Positions 1 through 10,531 of a DNA stretch of 64,000 nucleotides are shown piece by piece. This stretch comes from a virus. The position numbers were made by a program, and so were the translations under genes. Below the pieces are notes generated by a model that searched no databases, had not been told where the DNA came from, and saw only the letters and a program-made list of their open reading frames with translations. The DNA lies in IMG/VR virus record IMGVR_UViG_3300033148_003679, positions 1 through 64,000 of that record, one strand, 5' to 3'. The first letter of the stretch is position 1, and the number at the start of each line of letters is the position of its first letter.

Positions 1-1335
1 ACCTGCTATCCATGGCGTTAGAATAAGCAAACTTTTTGACAGTAACACGCCAAATTTTAGTATAACTACACCCAGTTTCGTCATGGATAAAAGTGCGAGC
101 TGTGAACCAACCAATAAAAGAGGGCCAACAACAGAGGCAATAAAAGTAAAGGCTGCTGAAAGACGACCAATTCCTTTTGTCAATGCCGGACATGCTTCAG
201 TGATTTTTGTAATATAATCCAGAACTTCACTTAACATTGTATTCAGTTTCTTAACGTCTGGAATCAGTTCATCTGCAAACACTCTTTTCAGATCTTCCCA
301 TCTCTGTTTCGTTCGTCCCAACTGTTCGTTCAGACTCAACATCTGTCTGGCTACAAGTTTTTCCAACTTACTTCTATCGTTAAGACTGGCAATATAGTCG
401 TGCAACTCTTTTGTAGTCATTTTTACAATAGCAGCGTTACCTGTCAACGCTCTGACACCAAAGACATTTGACAGTGCAGCGTTGATCTGCTGTTCGGTCT
501 GCCCTTTAAGAGCGTCATTAAGTTCACCGATTATTGTTATCAGATCTTTGGCTTTACCTTCATAGTCAAAAGCACTTATATTAAGTTCCCGCAACTGTTT
601 CGACGCTTTATTACCTTCCATAGCCATATTGGCCAATGCTCGACGCATAGCTACACCAGCACGAGACCCACGTACACCTACATCGGCCATAATCGAGATA
701 GCTGCGACAGTTCTTTCCAGAGAATTGTTCATAAGATGAGCCTGGCCAGCGACAAAAGCCATCGCTTCAACAAGGTCATTCATAGTCTGGACAGATGTCG
801 AGAATCCAGCAGCTAATACACTTGCAACTCGGTTAGTCTCAGTAAACGGAATATCGAACGCTTTCATAACACGAATAACGCCTTTAGCCGTCTCTTCAAC
901 TTCTACCATACCACCTTTTATAAGTTTTGCTATATCAGGAAACGCTGCTAACGCTTCTTGTGCATTTAGACCGGCAAACCCTAACTGTTTATAGATTTCT
1001 GTAAGTTCAGACGCTTCAACATTAAGATCTTTTGACGTTTTGACTACAGAATTTTTCATCCGCATAAACTCTTTAGCAGTTGTATCTGTAGCCGCCGTTG
1101 CCCGACGCATAGCTTTGTCTAAACCGCCCCACGCCTTAGTGATTTTGACTAGAGCATATCCAGTCGTAGCACCCATAGCGGTTAATGCCATACTAAATTG
1201 ACGGACTTCCTGTGCAGTCTGTCTAATAGCTACGCGATTCTTTTTGAATTCTTTTTCTATTTTGTTAAGAGTTGCAGAGGCTTGGTTTTTAATAATAAAG
1301 TTAGTGACAATACCTCTAATGGTTAACATGTCCAT
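1..1335 (-). CDS. Tail tape measure protein (TP901-type), runs off the window edge
   Basis: Hand translation from ATG at 1335: MDMLTIRGIV...MAFVAGQAHLMNNSLERTVAAISIMADVGVRGSRAGVAMRRAL...VFGVRA, typical tape-measure motifs. Follows the tail chaperones. Confidence 0.9.
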   Translation of the reverse strand, partial: MDMLTIRGIVTNFIIKNQASATLNKIEKEFKKNRVAIRQTAQEVRQFSMALTAMGATTGYALVKITKAWGGLDKAMRRATAATDTTAKEFMRMKNSVVKTSKDLNVEASELTEIYKQLGFAGLNAQEALAAFPDIAKLIKGGMVEVEETAKGVIRVMKAFDIPFTETNRVASVLAAGFSTSVQTMNDLVEAMAFVAGQAHLMNNSLERTVAAISIMADVGVRGSRAGVAMRRALANMAMEGNKASKQLRELNISAFDYEGKAKDLITIIGELNDALKGQTEQQINAALSNVFGVRALTGNAAIVKMTTKELHDYIASLNDRSKLEKLVARQMLSLNEQLGRTKQRWEDLKRVFADELIPDVKKLNTMLSEVLDYITKITEACPALTKGIGRLSAAFTFIASVVGPLLLVGSQLALLSMTKLGVVILKFGVLLSKSLLILTPWIAG

Positions 1336-1343
1336 TTTGGTTT

Positions 1344-1709
1344 CTACTCTTTATTTTCTCGCACCATTTGACTTGCCTCGTTTTTATCACTTTTGCCAAT
1401 TGCTTTTAACATTGCCCAGTTTTCGTCAATTTCCTGTTGTCGAGTTTTACCAGTACGAAGGTTTACAAGTGTTCGTTCCATCTGCTGTAAAGCGTCTTTG
1501 TACACTTTGGGATTGTATGGTACAACCATAGCTAATGCCATACTATGTGTAAACTCGATTCGCTCTTCAAGTTTCACAATGTTCGCCTCTTTTAACAACA
1601 TTGCAAAAATGCGAGCGTCCATGTCCCACAACTGCTCTTCTGTAAATGTACCGGGGAAAGCCCGACAGATAAGACCTATTGATCTATATCGGGCTGAGAT
1701 TCGTTTCCC
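1344..1709 (-). CDS. Tail assembly chaperone, -1 frameshift extension (GT-like)
   Basis: The frame of ORF 1344-1631 stays open back to the slippery heptamer at 1703-1709 (GKRISARYRSIGLICRAFPGTFTEEQLWDMD...). Confidence 0.75.
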   Translation of the reverse strand, partial: GKRISARYRSIGLICRAFPGTFTEEQLWDMDARIFAMLLKEANIVKLEERIEFTHSMALAMVVPYNPKVYKDALQQMERTLVNLRTGKTRQQEIDENWAMLKAIGKSDKNEASQMVRENKE

Positions 1710-2020
1710 TCAGCACTCTGGTCAGTACCTGACAAATTGATACTTCTGAGAATATATAAAGCAACGTCCTGTTTCATCCGCCAATCTACGGATTTGAACG
1801 TTTCTGCATCTTTCCCGAAAACGATGCCAAGAAATTTGTTGATCATTTCGGGTTTCATATCGGTCTCAGTATCAGTTATTTCTTTACTGAATGCTAATAT
1901 CTGGGTGGCCATTTCATCCGAAACTATTTCGATCTTCCAGTCCTGTCCGGCAAACCCTTCAATTTCAATTGGCTCATACCTTGACTTATATGTTTTGTCA
2001 TTCAGATTTAACTTTGCCAT
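1676..2020 (-). CDS. Tail assembly chaperone (G-like)
   Basis: 114-aa acidic ORF between the tail tube and tape measure genes, with G GGA AAC near its 3' end. Confidence 0.75.
   Translation of the reverse strand: MAKLNLNDKTYKSRYEPIEIEGFAGQDWKIEIVSDEMATQILAFSKEITDTETDMKPEMINKFLGIVFGKDAETFKSVDWRMKQDVALYILRSINLSGTDQSAEGNESQPDIDQ
1703..1709 (-). other. Programmed -1 ribosomal frameshift site GGGAAAC
   Basis: XXXYYYZ heptamer in the correct frame. The -1 frame joins the downstream ORF. Confidence 0.8.
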
Positions 2021-2082
2021 TTTCCTGCTTTTCCTTGTCTTTCAGTTGTGGATACATGGACACCCACTTTCTACACCGCTAC

Positions 2083-2670
2083 TTATGATGTTTGTCCATA
2101 ACCGACAGCCCACAGAGCGTCGGCGGCATAGGTTTCACTGTTAGGAGTGTTAGTGTCAGTTGTAACTTCACTCGCAAGTACAGGGAACCCTACAAACACC
2201 ATTTCGTAGATTCTTTGTCCTTCCGCATTAAACGTCAGCGAAAGGTTTCTGCGTGGCGCGGCTTTGAACACGGTTAACCACTCTTTCTCGTCGGCAGAAG
2301 CTGTAGTTCCGGTCTGTTTCTTGAGAATAAGTGCACCTGCATAGTCGCGCATTGATGTACCTACAACAGTATTGACCATCAACTCGTCGCCAGTAACAAC
2401 TATGCTACTGTTAATAGAACACGATTCGAGTTGAGCCAGCGTCGTAACTGTTAGTTGTACGGTGGCCGTACAGCTGGTACCGGTATATATCTCATCGTAA
2501 TTACCTGTACCATGCTGTGCTGTCTTTACAGGTGCCGTGTCGTCAGAAGACTCGAAAGTAACTTCCATATTGTACCCAAGGCTATCATCAGATGTAATAT
2601 CACCAGCAAGGGTACTGGCTTTCCACAACACCTCGCAAGGACCTAGTGGCCCCATTGGAAAATTCGACAT
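2083..2670 (-). CDS. Major tail (tube) protein
   Basis: About 195 aa, Thr/Ser-rich and beta-type (LGPCEV, LSLTFNAEGQRIYEMVF). Lies upstream of the chaperones. Confidence 0.75.
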   Translation of the reverse strand: MSNFPMGPLGPCEVLWKASTLAGDITSDDSLGYNMEVTFESSDDTAPVKTAQHGTGNYDEIYTGTSCTATVQLTVTTLAQLESCSINSSIVVTGDELMVNTVVGTSMRDYAGALILKKQTGTTASADEKEWLTVFKAAPRRNLSLTFNAEGQRIYEMVFVGFPVLASEVTTDTNTPNSETYAADALWAVGYGQTS

Positions 2671-2704
2671 AATGTTCAATCTCCAGATGGTTGTCTAGTT
2701 TCAT

Positions 2705-3124
2705 TTATTGCAGTTCAAGATAGAGCGTAAGATTTACAGAAAATGTATACCGACTTTCTGCATCGCGGCCCAAGCTGAACGGTTCAGAACCTGTCGTCGA
2801 AATTGCGACATAACTATCTTCCCCTGTTGTTACTGCTGGCAAGCTAACATTCGTATTGTATTTTCCATAAAACAGATCATAGATCTCCCAAGCGGTATCC
2901 CGCGCAGACTGATAAGCGGTATCCCGCACAATAACTTGTATCGGTTTTACGGACAATGTGGGAACATAATAATTTTCGATGCCAGGCACTGACTCTAATA
3001 TAAAAACACAAATGTCAGGTCTATTTGTGTCGTCACCCTCTCCGGCAAAGAGATTAGTCCCGACAGTAAGACTGGCAATTTGTGTTTCAATATACTGTGT
3101 AATAGGTTTTATCACGTTACCCAT
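2705..3124 (-). CDS. Tail terminator / tail completion protein
   Basis: IQVIVRDTAYQSARDTAWEIYDLF and SLGRDAESRYTFSVN resemble tail-terminator ('minor capsid') proteins. Synteny agrees. Confidence 0.7.
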   Translation of the reverse strand: MGNVIKPITQYIETQIASLTVGTNLFAGEGDDTNRPDICVFILESVPGIENYYVPTLSVKPIQVIVRDTAYQSARDTAWEIYDLFYGKYNTNVSLPAVTTGEDSYVAISTTGSEPFSLGRDAESRYTFSVNLTLYLELQ

Positions 3125-3173
3125 TATCTAAACTCGTTTCTTTGTCATTCATATTCGTCTATTAACATATTTA

Positions 3174-3671
3174 TCATCTGCCAAACCGTCTTCGCAGTTC
3201 ATCTACGAAAACTTTTGCAGCGTTTGCCACATATTCTCTAACATATATTGTAATCTTACTTTCAAGATATTTGCTACCGGCTTCTCGCCATGTAAACCCG
3301 TGTTTAGGTTCTCTTTCATGCCATAACGCTGCATAAGGTTTGTTAAAAGTTATTGAAGCTACAGTTTCGTCCGGGGCAAGAGACGCGCCCGGCGACCGCG
3401 ACCTAGCTGCAATAGACTCCGCGTCAACATTACCCCATTTCGAGAAGTCATAAAAGTTGTTGTCTACATATACAATGCCAGACCCGCGTAACAGATGATC
3501 CCATACAGGTACCTGTGGCGTCTTATGAATAGCATCGTATAGTATCATCATGCCAGTGTCGCCACTAGCTTTTTCGGACGCAGGTTTTATACTCGTTTTA
3601 AGTTTGTTCATATCAATCAGAAAATCTTCGCAATCCAGTTCTACATTCGATTCACTACTTTGTGCTGGCAT
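3174..3671 (-). CDS. Neck / tail completion protein (HK97 gp10-like)
   Basis: VPVWDHLLRGSG, FNKPYAALWHE and AGSKYLE motifs; synteny. Confidence 0.65.
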   Translation of the reverse strand: MPAQSSESNVELDCEDFLIDMNKLKTSIKPASEKASGDTGMMILYDAIHKTPQVPVWDHLLRGSGIVYVDNNFYDFSKWGNVDAESIAARSRSPGASLAPDETVASITFNKPYAALWHEREPKHGFTWREAGSKYLESKITIYVREYVANAAKVFVDELRRRFGR

Positions 3672-3676
3672 TCTGT

Positions 3677-3988
3677 TTACCTCACATAAACCCGTAAATA
3701 TGCAAACCCTGCATCACGTACCTTATGCCATGATATGATCGAATGCGTTGTACTGTCAAAAGTTAGTTTGTCGTCCATGTCAAGAGTTCTGTCCTCGATC
3801 TCTACCACAGCGTTACTTATAGCTTCGTTCCCTTTGTTATCGATTACTCGCCGATACTTATATTCAATTCGTCCTTTTAACGATACATCTGTGCCAGCAT
3901 CAGTTACAGTACCCCATTTATCTCGTGTAGGTTCTGGAGTAAGTATCACAGTATCCCTGAAATATGAACTGCGTGGACTGCTAGCCAT
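3677..3988 (-). CDS. Head closure protein
   Basis: 103 aa with RDKWG and RVIDNKGNEAISNAVV; synteny. Confidence 0.6.
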   Translation of the reverse strand: MASSPRSSYFRDTVILTPEPTRDKWGTVTDAGTDVSLKGRIEYKYRRVIDNKGNEAISNAVVEIEDRTLDMDDKLTFDSTTHSIISWHKVRDAGFAYLRVYVR

Positions 3989-4700
3989 TAAAATCCAATC
4001 CCCATGTAAACCCCATCATTGCTCTATGCTTTGCAAATTCTAAATCTTTTTTCACAATCGGTTTTCGTCTTTCATATTCCGCATCTTGCATACCAACATG
4101 TATCTCAGGACTATAATAGTCTACTATAGCATTTTTGTCTAGGGTAAACTTCGTCGGTGAAAAACTTTGGGCAAACCGTAAAAACTCGTTATGGAAATAG
4201 TTGTACTTATATGTAGGGCAAATAAGCTCTCTATCCTTATATCTGTCAAGAAACTTGTTGCCGATAAGAATAACTCTGGCCGGGTGGAATGTCGGGACAC
4301 AGAACTGTCGGATACCTACAATTCCGTCATAATCGGGATATTGAGAAAGTAGAGTTCTGTACGCGTGAGAAATGGCTGCATATTTAAATTCTACCAGCTC
4401 AGACGATAAAAGAAGATGTTCTCCAGCTTTTCTAGCATTTTTCGCAGCTAGATTATATGCGCCAACAATGCCCCAGTGTAAGTATGTACAGTCCAGAGAG
4501 AATTTGGGGTCGTTTGCATACAGCTTTTCAGCCCATTTCACTGCACGGTTACCAGATTTACCACCCACGCTTATAATGTTGACAAGAAAGCTGAAATCGA
4601 CCGGAACCGTCCATGGCAACGAATAAATTGCTCTCTGTAACATATCGTTTCTGTTACGAGTAGGAATTGCTATCCGAATTCGTCTCTCGATCTGTGCCAT
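3981..4700 (-). CDS. Glycosyltransferase, GT-A (GT2-like), possibly degenerate
   Basis: IAIPTRNRNDMLQRAIYSL and GIVGAYNLAA. The usual DxD position reads SSE. Confidence 0.6.
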   Translation of the reverse strand: MAQIERRIRIAIPTRNRNDMLQRAIYSLPWTVPVDFSFLVNIISVGGKSGNRAVKWAEKLYANDPKFSLDCTYLHWGIVGAYNLAAKNARKAGEHLLLSSELVEFKYAAISHAYRTLLSQYPDYDGIVGIRQFCVPTFHPARVILIGNKFLDRYKDRELICPTYKYNYFHNEFLRFAQSFSPTKFTLDKNAIVDYYSPEIHVGMQDAEYERRKPIVKKDLEFAKHRAMMGFTWGLDFNG

Positions 4701-4701
4701 T

Positions 4702-5352
4702 TTATTCCATTACGTTACCTGTCATCCAATATCTGGGTTTTCTGGTTTTTGCAAAAGATTTGTCTGGTGGCGGTGAAATTTTTAGTAAATCCCATACCGG
4801 TGCCAGTGTTTCGACAGGAGATTCCACCATTCTATCGTAACTTATAAACACTCCTCGGCCCGGGTTGTCAGAACAGAATTGGTTCCATTTTGCATTGTTA
4901 TGTATCCAGAACCATTCGTAAGGTTCAAACGGAACAACGCTACGCTGATAATCTTTGTCTTCGTTCCAATAACTGGCATGGTTATCCCACACGTTTCGGC
5001 CAATAAACACAAACTGTGCTTTCGGAAACACGTTGTTCAGACATATCCATTCCATACCTTTCACACCGGGATTGATAGCGAACTTTGCACCAAACCGTCC
5101 TTTATACAGACGTACCATTTCGCTAAACGTTTCTATAGGCCCGGTTACATGAGGAGTGTTAGCCAGACGTTGAAGCTGTGTTACAATCACCGCATGGTAT
5201 AATACATGAGGTTCAAACAATATATCATGTATGTCCGACGAGTCCATTATAAGTCTGCGCAAAAAGGATGTACCGGCTCTACGCATACCCACTATAAATA
5301 TAGGACTAATATCTTCTATTGGTTTCAGAAATGTTCCGCCCATGGGTTTCAT
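4702..5352 (-). CDS. Sulfotransferase
   Basis: PAPS-binding loop PIFIVGMRRAGTSFL, plus FPKAQFVFIGRN and ISYDRMVESP. Confidence 0.85.
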   Translation of the reverse strand: MKPMGGTFLKPIEDISPIFIVGMRRAGTSFLRRLIMDSSDIHDILFEPHVLYHAVIVTQLQRLANTPHVTGPIETFSEMVRLYKGRFGAKFAINPGVKGMEWICLNNVFPKAQFVFIGRNVWDNHASYWNEDKDYQRSVVPFEPYEWFWIHNNAKWNQFCSDNPGRGVFISYDRMVESPVETLAPVWDLLKISPPPDKSFAKTRKPRYWMTGNVME

Positions 5353-5364
5353 AACATTTTTCTC

Positions 5365-6132
5365 CTATCTAATTTCATGTTCGTCTTTCGGGAACCGCCA
5401 TAATCCACGACATATAAAATTGTCACGAACGAATTGGTTGCGAACCTGATTAAACCCTTTCTGGTTATGTAGCGCATACGAATCACCTTCTTCGTCCGAA
5501 TTATGCCATTTAGTTGCGGGTACAACATACATTTTACAGTCAGTATTAAACCGTGAAAGTTGGCGAACCCACCACAAATCGTCTAACAACCTGTTACATC
5601 CCGACATATCCGTGATAAAGTTTCTGCGAGCACCGAAATATAAACGACCTATAAAGTCTACTCGACCTATATGGGTGACTTTTGTAGCTGGCCCGTTCTT
5701 AAACTTTTTTCGAGCAGTGTAAAAAGTCTGGACGAGTTCCTGCATCTCGGCATCTTTGTCCTGGCGAATCTGATAATCTTTACCGAAAATCGAGACTATT
5801 TTCTCGTTTACAGGATAAGGAATACTGTTCCAATAAAATAGCAACTCGTCTACAAACCCTTCTTCCGGCACTATATCGTCATCTGCTATAAGTACAAGCT
5901 CGTTTTTGAGTAATATAGGTGCCATAAACTTGATCTGACCGCCATAGTTTTTGTTACCGGCAACTATCGTAATCTTATTGTTGGCAAACAGAGACAGATC
6001 GGGTTCCCATTCGCCAATAGAATTGTCCCATATCAGAAGTTCGTCTATTTGTGGCAACCATGCGTCGATAATCGCAGGAAGCGAATCAAAACGTTTATAC
6101 ACAGGAATTAAAAGAGAGATGTTGTTATCCAT
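5365..6132 (-). CDS. Glycosyltransferase, GT-A
   Basis: ISLLIPVYKR, LIWDNS, IADDD (DxD) and DDLW. Confidence 0.8.
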   Translation of the reverse strand: MDNNISLLIPVYKRFDSLPAIIDAWLPQIDELLIWDNSIGEWEPDLSLFANNKITIVAGNKNYGGQIKFMAPILLKNELVLIADDDIVPEEGFVDELLFYWNSIPYPVNEKIVSIFGKDYQIRQDKDAEMQELVQTFYTARKKFKNGPATKVTHIGRVDFIGRLYFGARRNFITDMSGCNRLLDDLWWVRQLSRFNTDCKMYVVPATKWHNSDEEGDSYALHNQKGFNQVRNQFVRDNFICRGLWRFPKDEHEIR

Positions 6133-7213
6133 GATCTGTTTTGCTTTTTACCTCATTTAAGTTACATGTATCCGCGATAATTTTAGTTACTTCAACTGCT
6201 GTTGCAAGATTTGACGTACAGCAGGTAGAAAATCCCAGTTTTGCGTTTGTAACAATTCCACGAAAATAATTGACTGTATTAACCAGGTTATCGGCCTCGT
6301 TATAATAAAACGTCTCTTTCTCTTTAACCAGAAGAGGATCATTATTATTTCTTATTTGTCTGACAAAACGTGTTACGTTAAGAGACTCGTCTTTTTCCAT
6401 ACAATATTCCATGTTACCCGCCGTACCGAAAATCTTAACACCCATATATTTTGCGGGATATTCTATGGAAGCACAAAGCTGGCCGATAACACCACTGGAC
6501 AACAGAGAACGGAATCGAATAATACCTGTGTCAGATATAGAGTTGGTGTCAGTAGATACAGGCGAAAAAACAGGTTGGAAATCAATAGCTTTTATGTCTA
6601 CAAACATGTTAAGAACAGAGACAAGATGAGCGAATTTAGATGAGAGTAACTGGTTGACCGAAAAGCCTATACGTCGTGACGGGGTTACACGTCTCATTAA
6701 ACTCATCTCTATATAATTTAGTGTACCGATTTTGTTGCGTTTGTATAATGTGGCAGCTTTCTGTAAACCGGGCGAAAAGGTGTATGTAAAGTCTACTACC
6801 AGTTGTAACTCGTTCTGTACGGCTATGTCTCTTAACCGTTCGGCTTCTGACGGGACTAGAGCTAGCGGTTTTTCACATAGTACGTGTTTTCCGGCATGTA
6901 AAGCGTCCAGAACAACATTATAATGAGCGTCTATAGGCGTCGCTACAACTACAGCTTCTACATCTTTATCGTCCCATATGGTGGACAAATTGTTTATAAA
7001 ACGTCCTTCTGGTACTAACGACCGGCCAAACACATATTTGACGTCAAATCGTTCGTCCAGATACGGAAGAATTCGTGTACCCCAATATCCGTAACCAATA
7101 AGAGCTATTCGAGGAGTTGAATTGATTATGTTAGACAGAGGTCTTTGCGTCTGGCCCATACCGATCTCTCCATGCGTTATTGATCTCGACTGCACATCTG
7201 TTACACCGTCCAT
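6125..7213 (-). CDS. Gfo/Idh/MocA family oxidoreductase
   Basis: IALIGYGYWG Rossmann motif, VVVATPIDAH and GKHVLCEKPLA. The true start may be further downstream. Confidence 0.9.
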   Translation of the reverse strand: MDGVTDVQSRSITHGEIGMGQTQRPLSNIINSTPRIALIGYGYWGTRILPYLDERFDVKYVFGRSLVPEGRFINNLSTIWDDKDVEAVVVATPIDAHYNVVLDALHAGKHVLCEKPLALVPSEAERLRDIAVQNELQLVVDFTYTFSPGLQKAATLYKRNKIGTLNYIEMSLMRRVTPSRRIGFSVNQLLSSKFAHLVSVLNMFVDIKAIDFQPVFSPVSTDTNSISDTGIIRFRSLLSSGVIGQLCASIEYPAKYMGVKIFGTAGNMEYCMEKDESLNVTRFVRQIRNNNDPLLVKEKETFYYNEADNLVNTVNYFRGIVTNAKLGFSTCCTSNLATAVEVTKIIADTCNLNEVKSKTDHG

Positions 7214-8315
7214 TGTTCAGAAAACATATATCCGGGTTCCAGTTAGGTGACTGGTTGAGTTTGACCTGGTGCATAAACTTATCCATATCATCAGTAACTT
7301 TACCCAGTCTGTTAAATGCCATAGACGGAGACGCACAACTCGAACATCTATATACATATCCATCTGCCCCTAAAGTTATCTGGAAATAGCCGAACAGACA
7401 TTGTTTGTAGTTCATCTGGTCAATATCCTGCGCTTCTGGTGCGATCCAGAATATGAAAGGTTTGTCAGTAGCGTTTTCTGACAGGTACGGTTTAACCAGA
7501 TTGTAGTATGGAACCCGCATAGGTATTTCAACCTTCTTCTTATATTCGCGTACTTTATCAAAATCTCTGTTATAATTGTCATAAGGAATCGAGAACCGTA
7601 AAGAGTCTACACCGATTTCTTTTGCAAGTCTTACAATATTCTCAACCTCTTCCCTCGAACTGTTCCATTCGTTGAACAGGTATACAATACGCAGTTTCGG
7701 GAACGGTTTATCGCCCCGAATATCCGTAAACATTCTTAACCCGTCAATAATAGTATGAAAATGGTCGTGGTCTAACTGTTTACTAATCATATGGCTTTTC
7801 GCAAACCCAGCGTCAAGAGAACAGCTAAAATAATCTTGTGGCGAATCCGACAGTTCAACGTATTCTGTCATCAACCCTTGTTTTTGTTCCAGCTCAACCA
7901 GTTTCGACCCGTTAGAATGGCATCCGAAACAAGAACCGGTTTCTTTTGTTAACCGCATCAACGGCATAAGATCAGGGCTAAGAGTCGGTTCCGTATATTG
8001 GCCGCCTACAACAATAAACGGGATTCTACCGTCTAGCTGTCTGACTAACGAAAACATTTGGGGTATCCATGCAGTGTCTAATGTCTGTTGAAAATATCTG
8101 CCCTGACAATGCCGACAATGAAAGTTGCACCCCCGTCTACCGTCGCCCGGCAAATGAACGTCAAATTGACGCGGATAAATAACTTCGTCTTTAAACACGC
8201 GGTCGAAGTTACCGCCTAGATATTCTTTTAACAGTTCAAAATAATAGTAGCCTGACAATCCGTCATTGTCCGGTCGTTTAGTATCTATACTCATTACAAA
8301 ATCTTCTACTTTCAT
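7131..8315 (-). CDS. Radical SAM protein with SPASM/twitch domain
   Basis: CNFHCRHC (CxxxCxxC) and C-terminal C...GADGYVYRC...C...CNRC. Confidence 0.85.
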   Translation of the reverse strand: MKVEDFVMSIDTKRPDNDGLSGYYYFELLKEYLGGNFDRVFKDEVIYPRQFDVHLPGDGRRGCNFHCRHCQGRYFQQTLDTAWIPQMFSLVRQLDGRIPFIVVGGQYTEPTLSPDLMPLMRLTKETGSCFGCHSNGSKLVELEQKQGLMTEYVELSDSPQDYFSCSLDAGFAKSHMISKQLDHDHFHTIIDGLRMFTDIRGDKPFPKLRIVYLFNEWNSSREEVENIVRLAKEIGVDSLRFSIPYDNYNRDFDKVREYKKKVEIPMRVPYYNLVKPYLSENATDKPFIFWIAPEAQDIDQMNYKQCLFGYFQITLGADGYVYRCSSCASPSMAFNRLGKVTDDMDKFMHQVKLNQSPNWNPDICFLNNGRCNRCAVEINNAWRDRYGPDAKTSV

Positions 8316-9160
8316 TTCTCTGTTTCCTTACATAGAGCTGCACGTTGTTCTCGTTTCTGTGCCCATAACTTATTATCGCCAACCAGACGTTTGTTTTTCA
8401 CGTCTTTAGACATCTCGTTTATTGTCGCGCCATGTTTATGATAGACAAAAGAGTTAAAACATACCGCCGTTAGATAACCTGCTGCATGGACTTTATCGTT
8501 CATGTCGCCGTCACCTCGCCGGAACAAAAACCGTTTATCGTATCCGCCCAACTCGTCCCATACTATACTTTTGCGCATAAGAGAACAGAATCCGGGTACA
8601 ACCAAACGGTTAGTTTTCAAGGCACTGTCAATTGTATACACTTTGGTCGGTAGACTATGAAAAAAACGTTCAGGATCTTGTTTGCCATCATATCCCACAT
8701 ATTTCCCGGCTGCTCGATGTCCGCAAATGCCACTCATTGTATCGGCTACAGACGAGATAATCGCAATCTTGTCATTGGTATTTATGCCGGTTATAAGTCT
8801 GGTAAGCCAGTCGGGAGTAACCATAACATCATTATTCATTAACACAAAAAGGTCAGACCGAACTTTTGACATTCCAAAATGAACGGTAGGTCCAAACCCC
8901 CTATTTTTAGGGAACATATAAAATTCATGTATAGAAGGGCGGAAAGAGTTTAGAAGAGACCGCACTTTTTCTATACCATTTTTGTCAGGAGTACCATCGT
9001 CTATAAGTATAATACGGAAATCCCGTGTATATTTAACAATACTTTTCAGGCATTTAACGCTACAATCTATTGTCAGATATTGTGGAATCAAAATGTCAAT
9101 GGTCATCGATTTCTGCCCGTTTACATAAGATTGAAACATGTCGTTCCGTACCAACCGCAT
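8312..9160 (-). CDS. Glycosyltransferase family 2
   Basis: IILIDDGT, NRGFG, LMNNDV, WLTRL, GGYD and FVYH. Confidence 0.9.
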   Translation of the reverse strand: MRLVRNDMFQSYVNGQKSMTIDILIPQYLTIDCSVKCLKSIVKYTRDFRIILIDDGTPDKNGIEKVRSLLNSFRPSIHEFYMFPKNRGFGPTVHFGMSKVRSDLFVLMNNDVMVTPDWLTRLITGINTNDKIAIISSVADTMSGICGHRAAGKYVGYDGKQDPERFFHSLPTKVYTIDSALKTNRLVVPGFCSLMRKSIVWDELGGYDKRFLFRRGDGDMNDKVHAAGYLTAVCFNSFVYHKHGATINEMSKDVKNKRLVGDNKLWAQKREQRAALCKETEK

Positions 9161-9842
9161 TCTTTTCTATTAACCAGTCATTTGTTTTTGGTTGCATATC
9201 ATGTATATAACTGATAGTAAATCCCGAATCCCTTATAAACTGCAACATCTCTACAGGATCGTCTTCTGCGAGAACGATTAGAGACGGAAAAAACTCCATT
9301 ATCATAAATTCGATGTTGTTAATTTGTTCATCTAACCCTTTTAACGCTTTGAACTCATATCCTTCAATATCAAGTTTCAACAGCTTTATACTTGTATTCT
9401 GTGGTATGACTTCGCTACTTTTCTTTATCTCGACATCTGCCGATGCCATCCGTGGATCCCGTTTTGACAGACAATGAGCACCTTTGTTCCGCAGATCAAT
9501 GTAAAGAGTACCAGACTTGTTTGTATCCGAAACAGCACATCTAATTATCTTTACGTTCTGATACGGCAACATCGCAACGTTCGCTGTCAGAACTTTACAA
9601 TTTTCGGTTTCCGGTTCAACAGCATATACCATTCCTGTTTCTCCGACAGCGCGTGCCATTTCACATGTATGGACACCTATATTTGCACCGAAATCTATAC
9701 AGACGTCACCTTGTACTAGTATACTGTGCATAACCGCGTTTTCTTCTATTTCATACCCTCCTTTGTTTTTAACCTGTACAGAGACTATAGTATCTTTATC
9801 GTGTATCCAAAAATCGTTACCAAAAGATTTAACTTTTTCCAT
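9096..9842 (-). CDS. FkbM family methyltransferase
   Basis: IDFGANIGVHT, VYAVEP and LLKLDIEGYEFKALKG. Confidence 0.9.
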   Translation of the reverse strand: MEKVKSFGNDFWIHDKDTIVSVQVKNKGGYEIEENAVMHSILVQGDVCIDFGANIGVHTCEMARAVGETGMVYAVEPETENCKVLTANVAMLPYQNVKIIRCAVSDTNKSGTLYIDLRNKGAHCLSKRDPRMASADVEIKKSSEVIPQNTSIKLLKLDIEGYEFKALKGLDEQINNIEFMIMEFFPSLIVLAEDDPVEMLQFIRDSGFTISYIHDMQPKTNDWLIEKNAVGTERHVSILCKRAEIDDH

Positions 9843-10531
9843 TATCGCTTTGCTTTTCTCTGTTTATACGTCTCATTCCAAACTTTTTCGTATAACGTAT
9901 ACCTTTCTACTCGCGACCCTCGATAGATAGCACTTTTCCCTTTTGCACAAGGTAAATGCCGCCACGCAGAAGACGGAACAACATATTTCGGAACGTCAGG
10001 CCAACATATATTACCTAACCATATATCATCTCCGGTTCGTACCATTCCACGGGTATCAAGATTCTTTAATACCCATCGTGGACACATGAACGTTATACCA
10101 ACCATGTCAACTTCTACAGGCTCTTTAACCCTACTCGATCTAAATCCTTTTGTGTTACCATCATATCGCGGCCCTTCAAACTGACGACCCATTACCGATA
10201 CAAATACATTATCGCCTAGATCATGGTAATGTTTATACATATCTTTTACCAAACCCGGTAGCGGTTCCATATCATCGTCAGCAAAAATCAGAAGGTCACC
10301 GTCTGTAGCGTATGCCATTGCATAATCGCCACGAGTATGTATACTTTTAGGTACTCGTATATGTTCTACACGAGGGTCAGACGTATCGAACTTTGCGCCG
10401 TTTCCGCCGTCAACAACCCATATTTGATCTACAGGCTGATCTCTCCATCCTTTAACTGCACGGTCAAGAGTCTCGTACCGTTCAAGATGATATGTATTAA
10501 AAAGTACACTAATAGTTTTACCGTCAATCAT
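9842..10531 (-). CDS. Glycosyltransferase, GT-A (paralog of 5365-6132)
   Basis: IWVVDG, FADDD and GDDIW. Confidence 0.75.
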   Translation of the reverse strand: MIDGKTISVLFNTYHLERYETLDRAVKGWRDQPVDQIWVVDGGNGAKFDTSDPRVEHIRVPKSIHTRGDYAMAYATDGDLLIFADDDMEPLPGLVKDMYKHYHDLGDNVFVSVMGRQFEGPRYDGNTKGFRSSRVKEPVEVDMVGITFMCPRWVLKNLDTRGMVRTGDDIWLGNICWPDVPKYVVPSSAWRHLPCAKGKSAIYRGSRVERYTLYEKVWNETYKQRKAKR

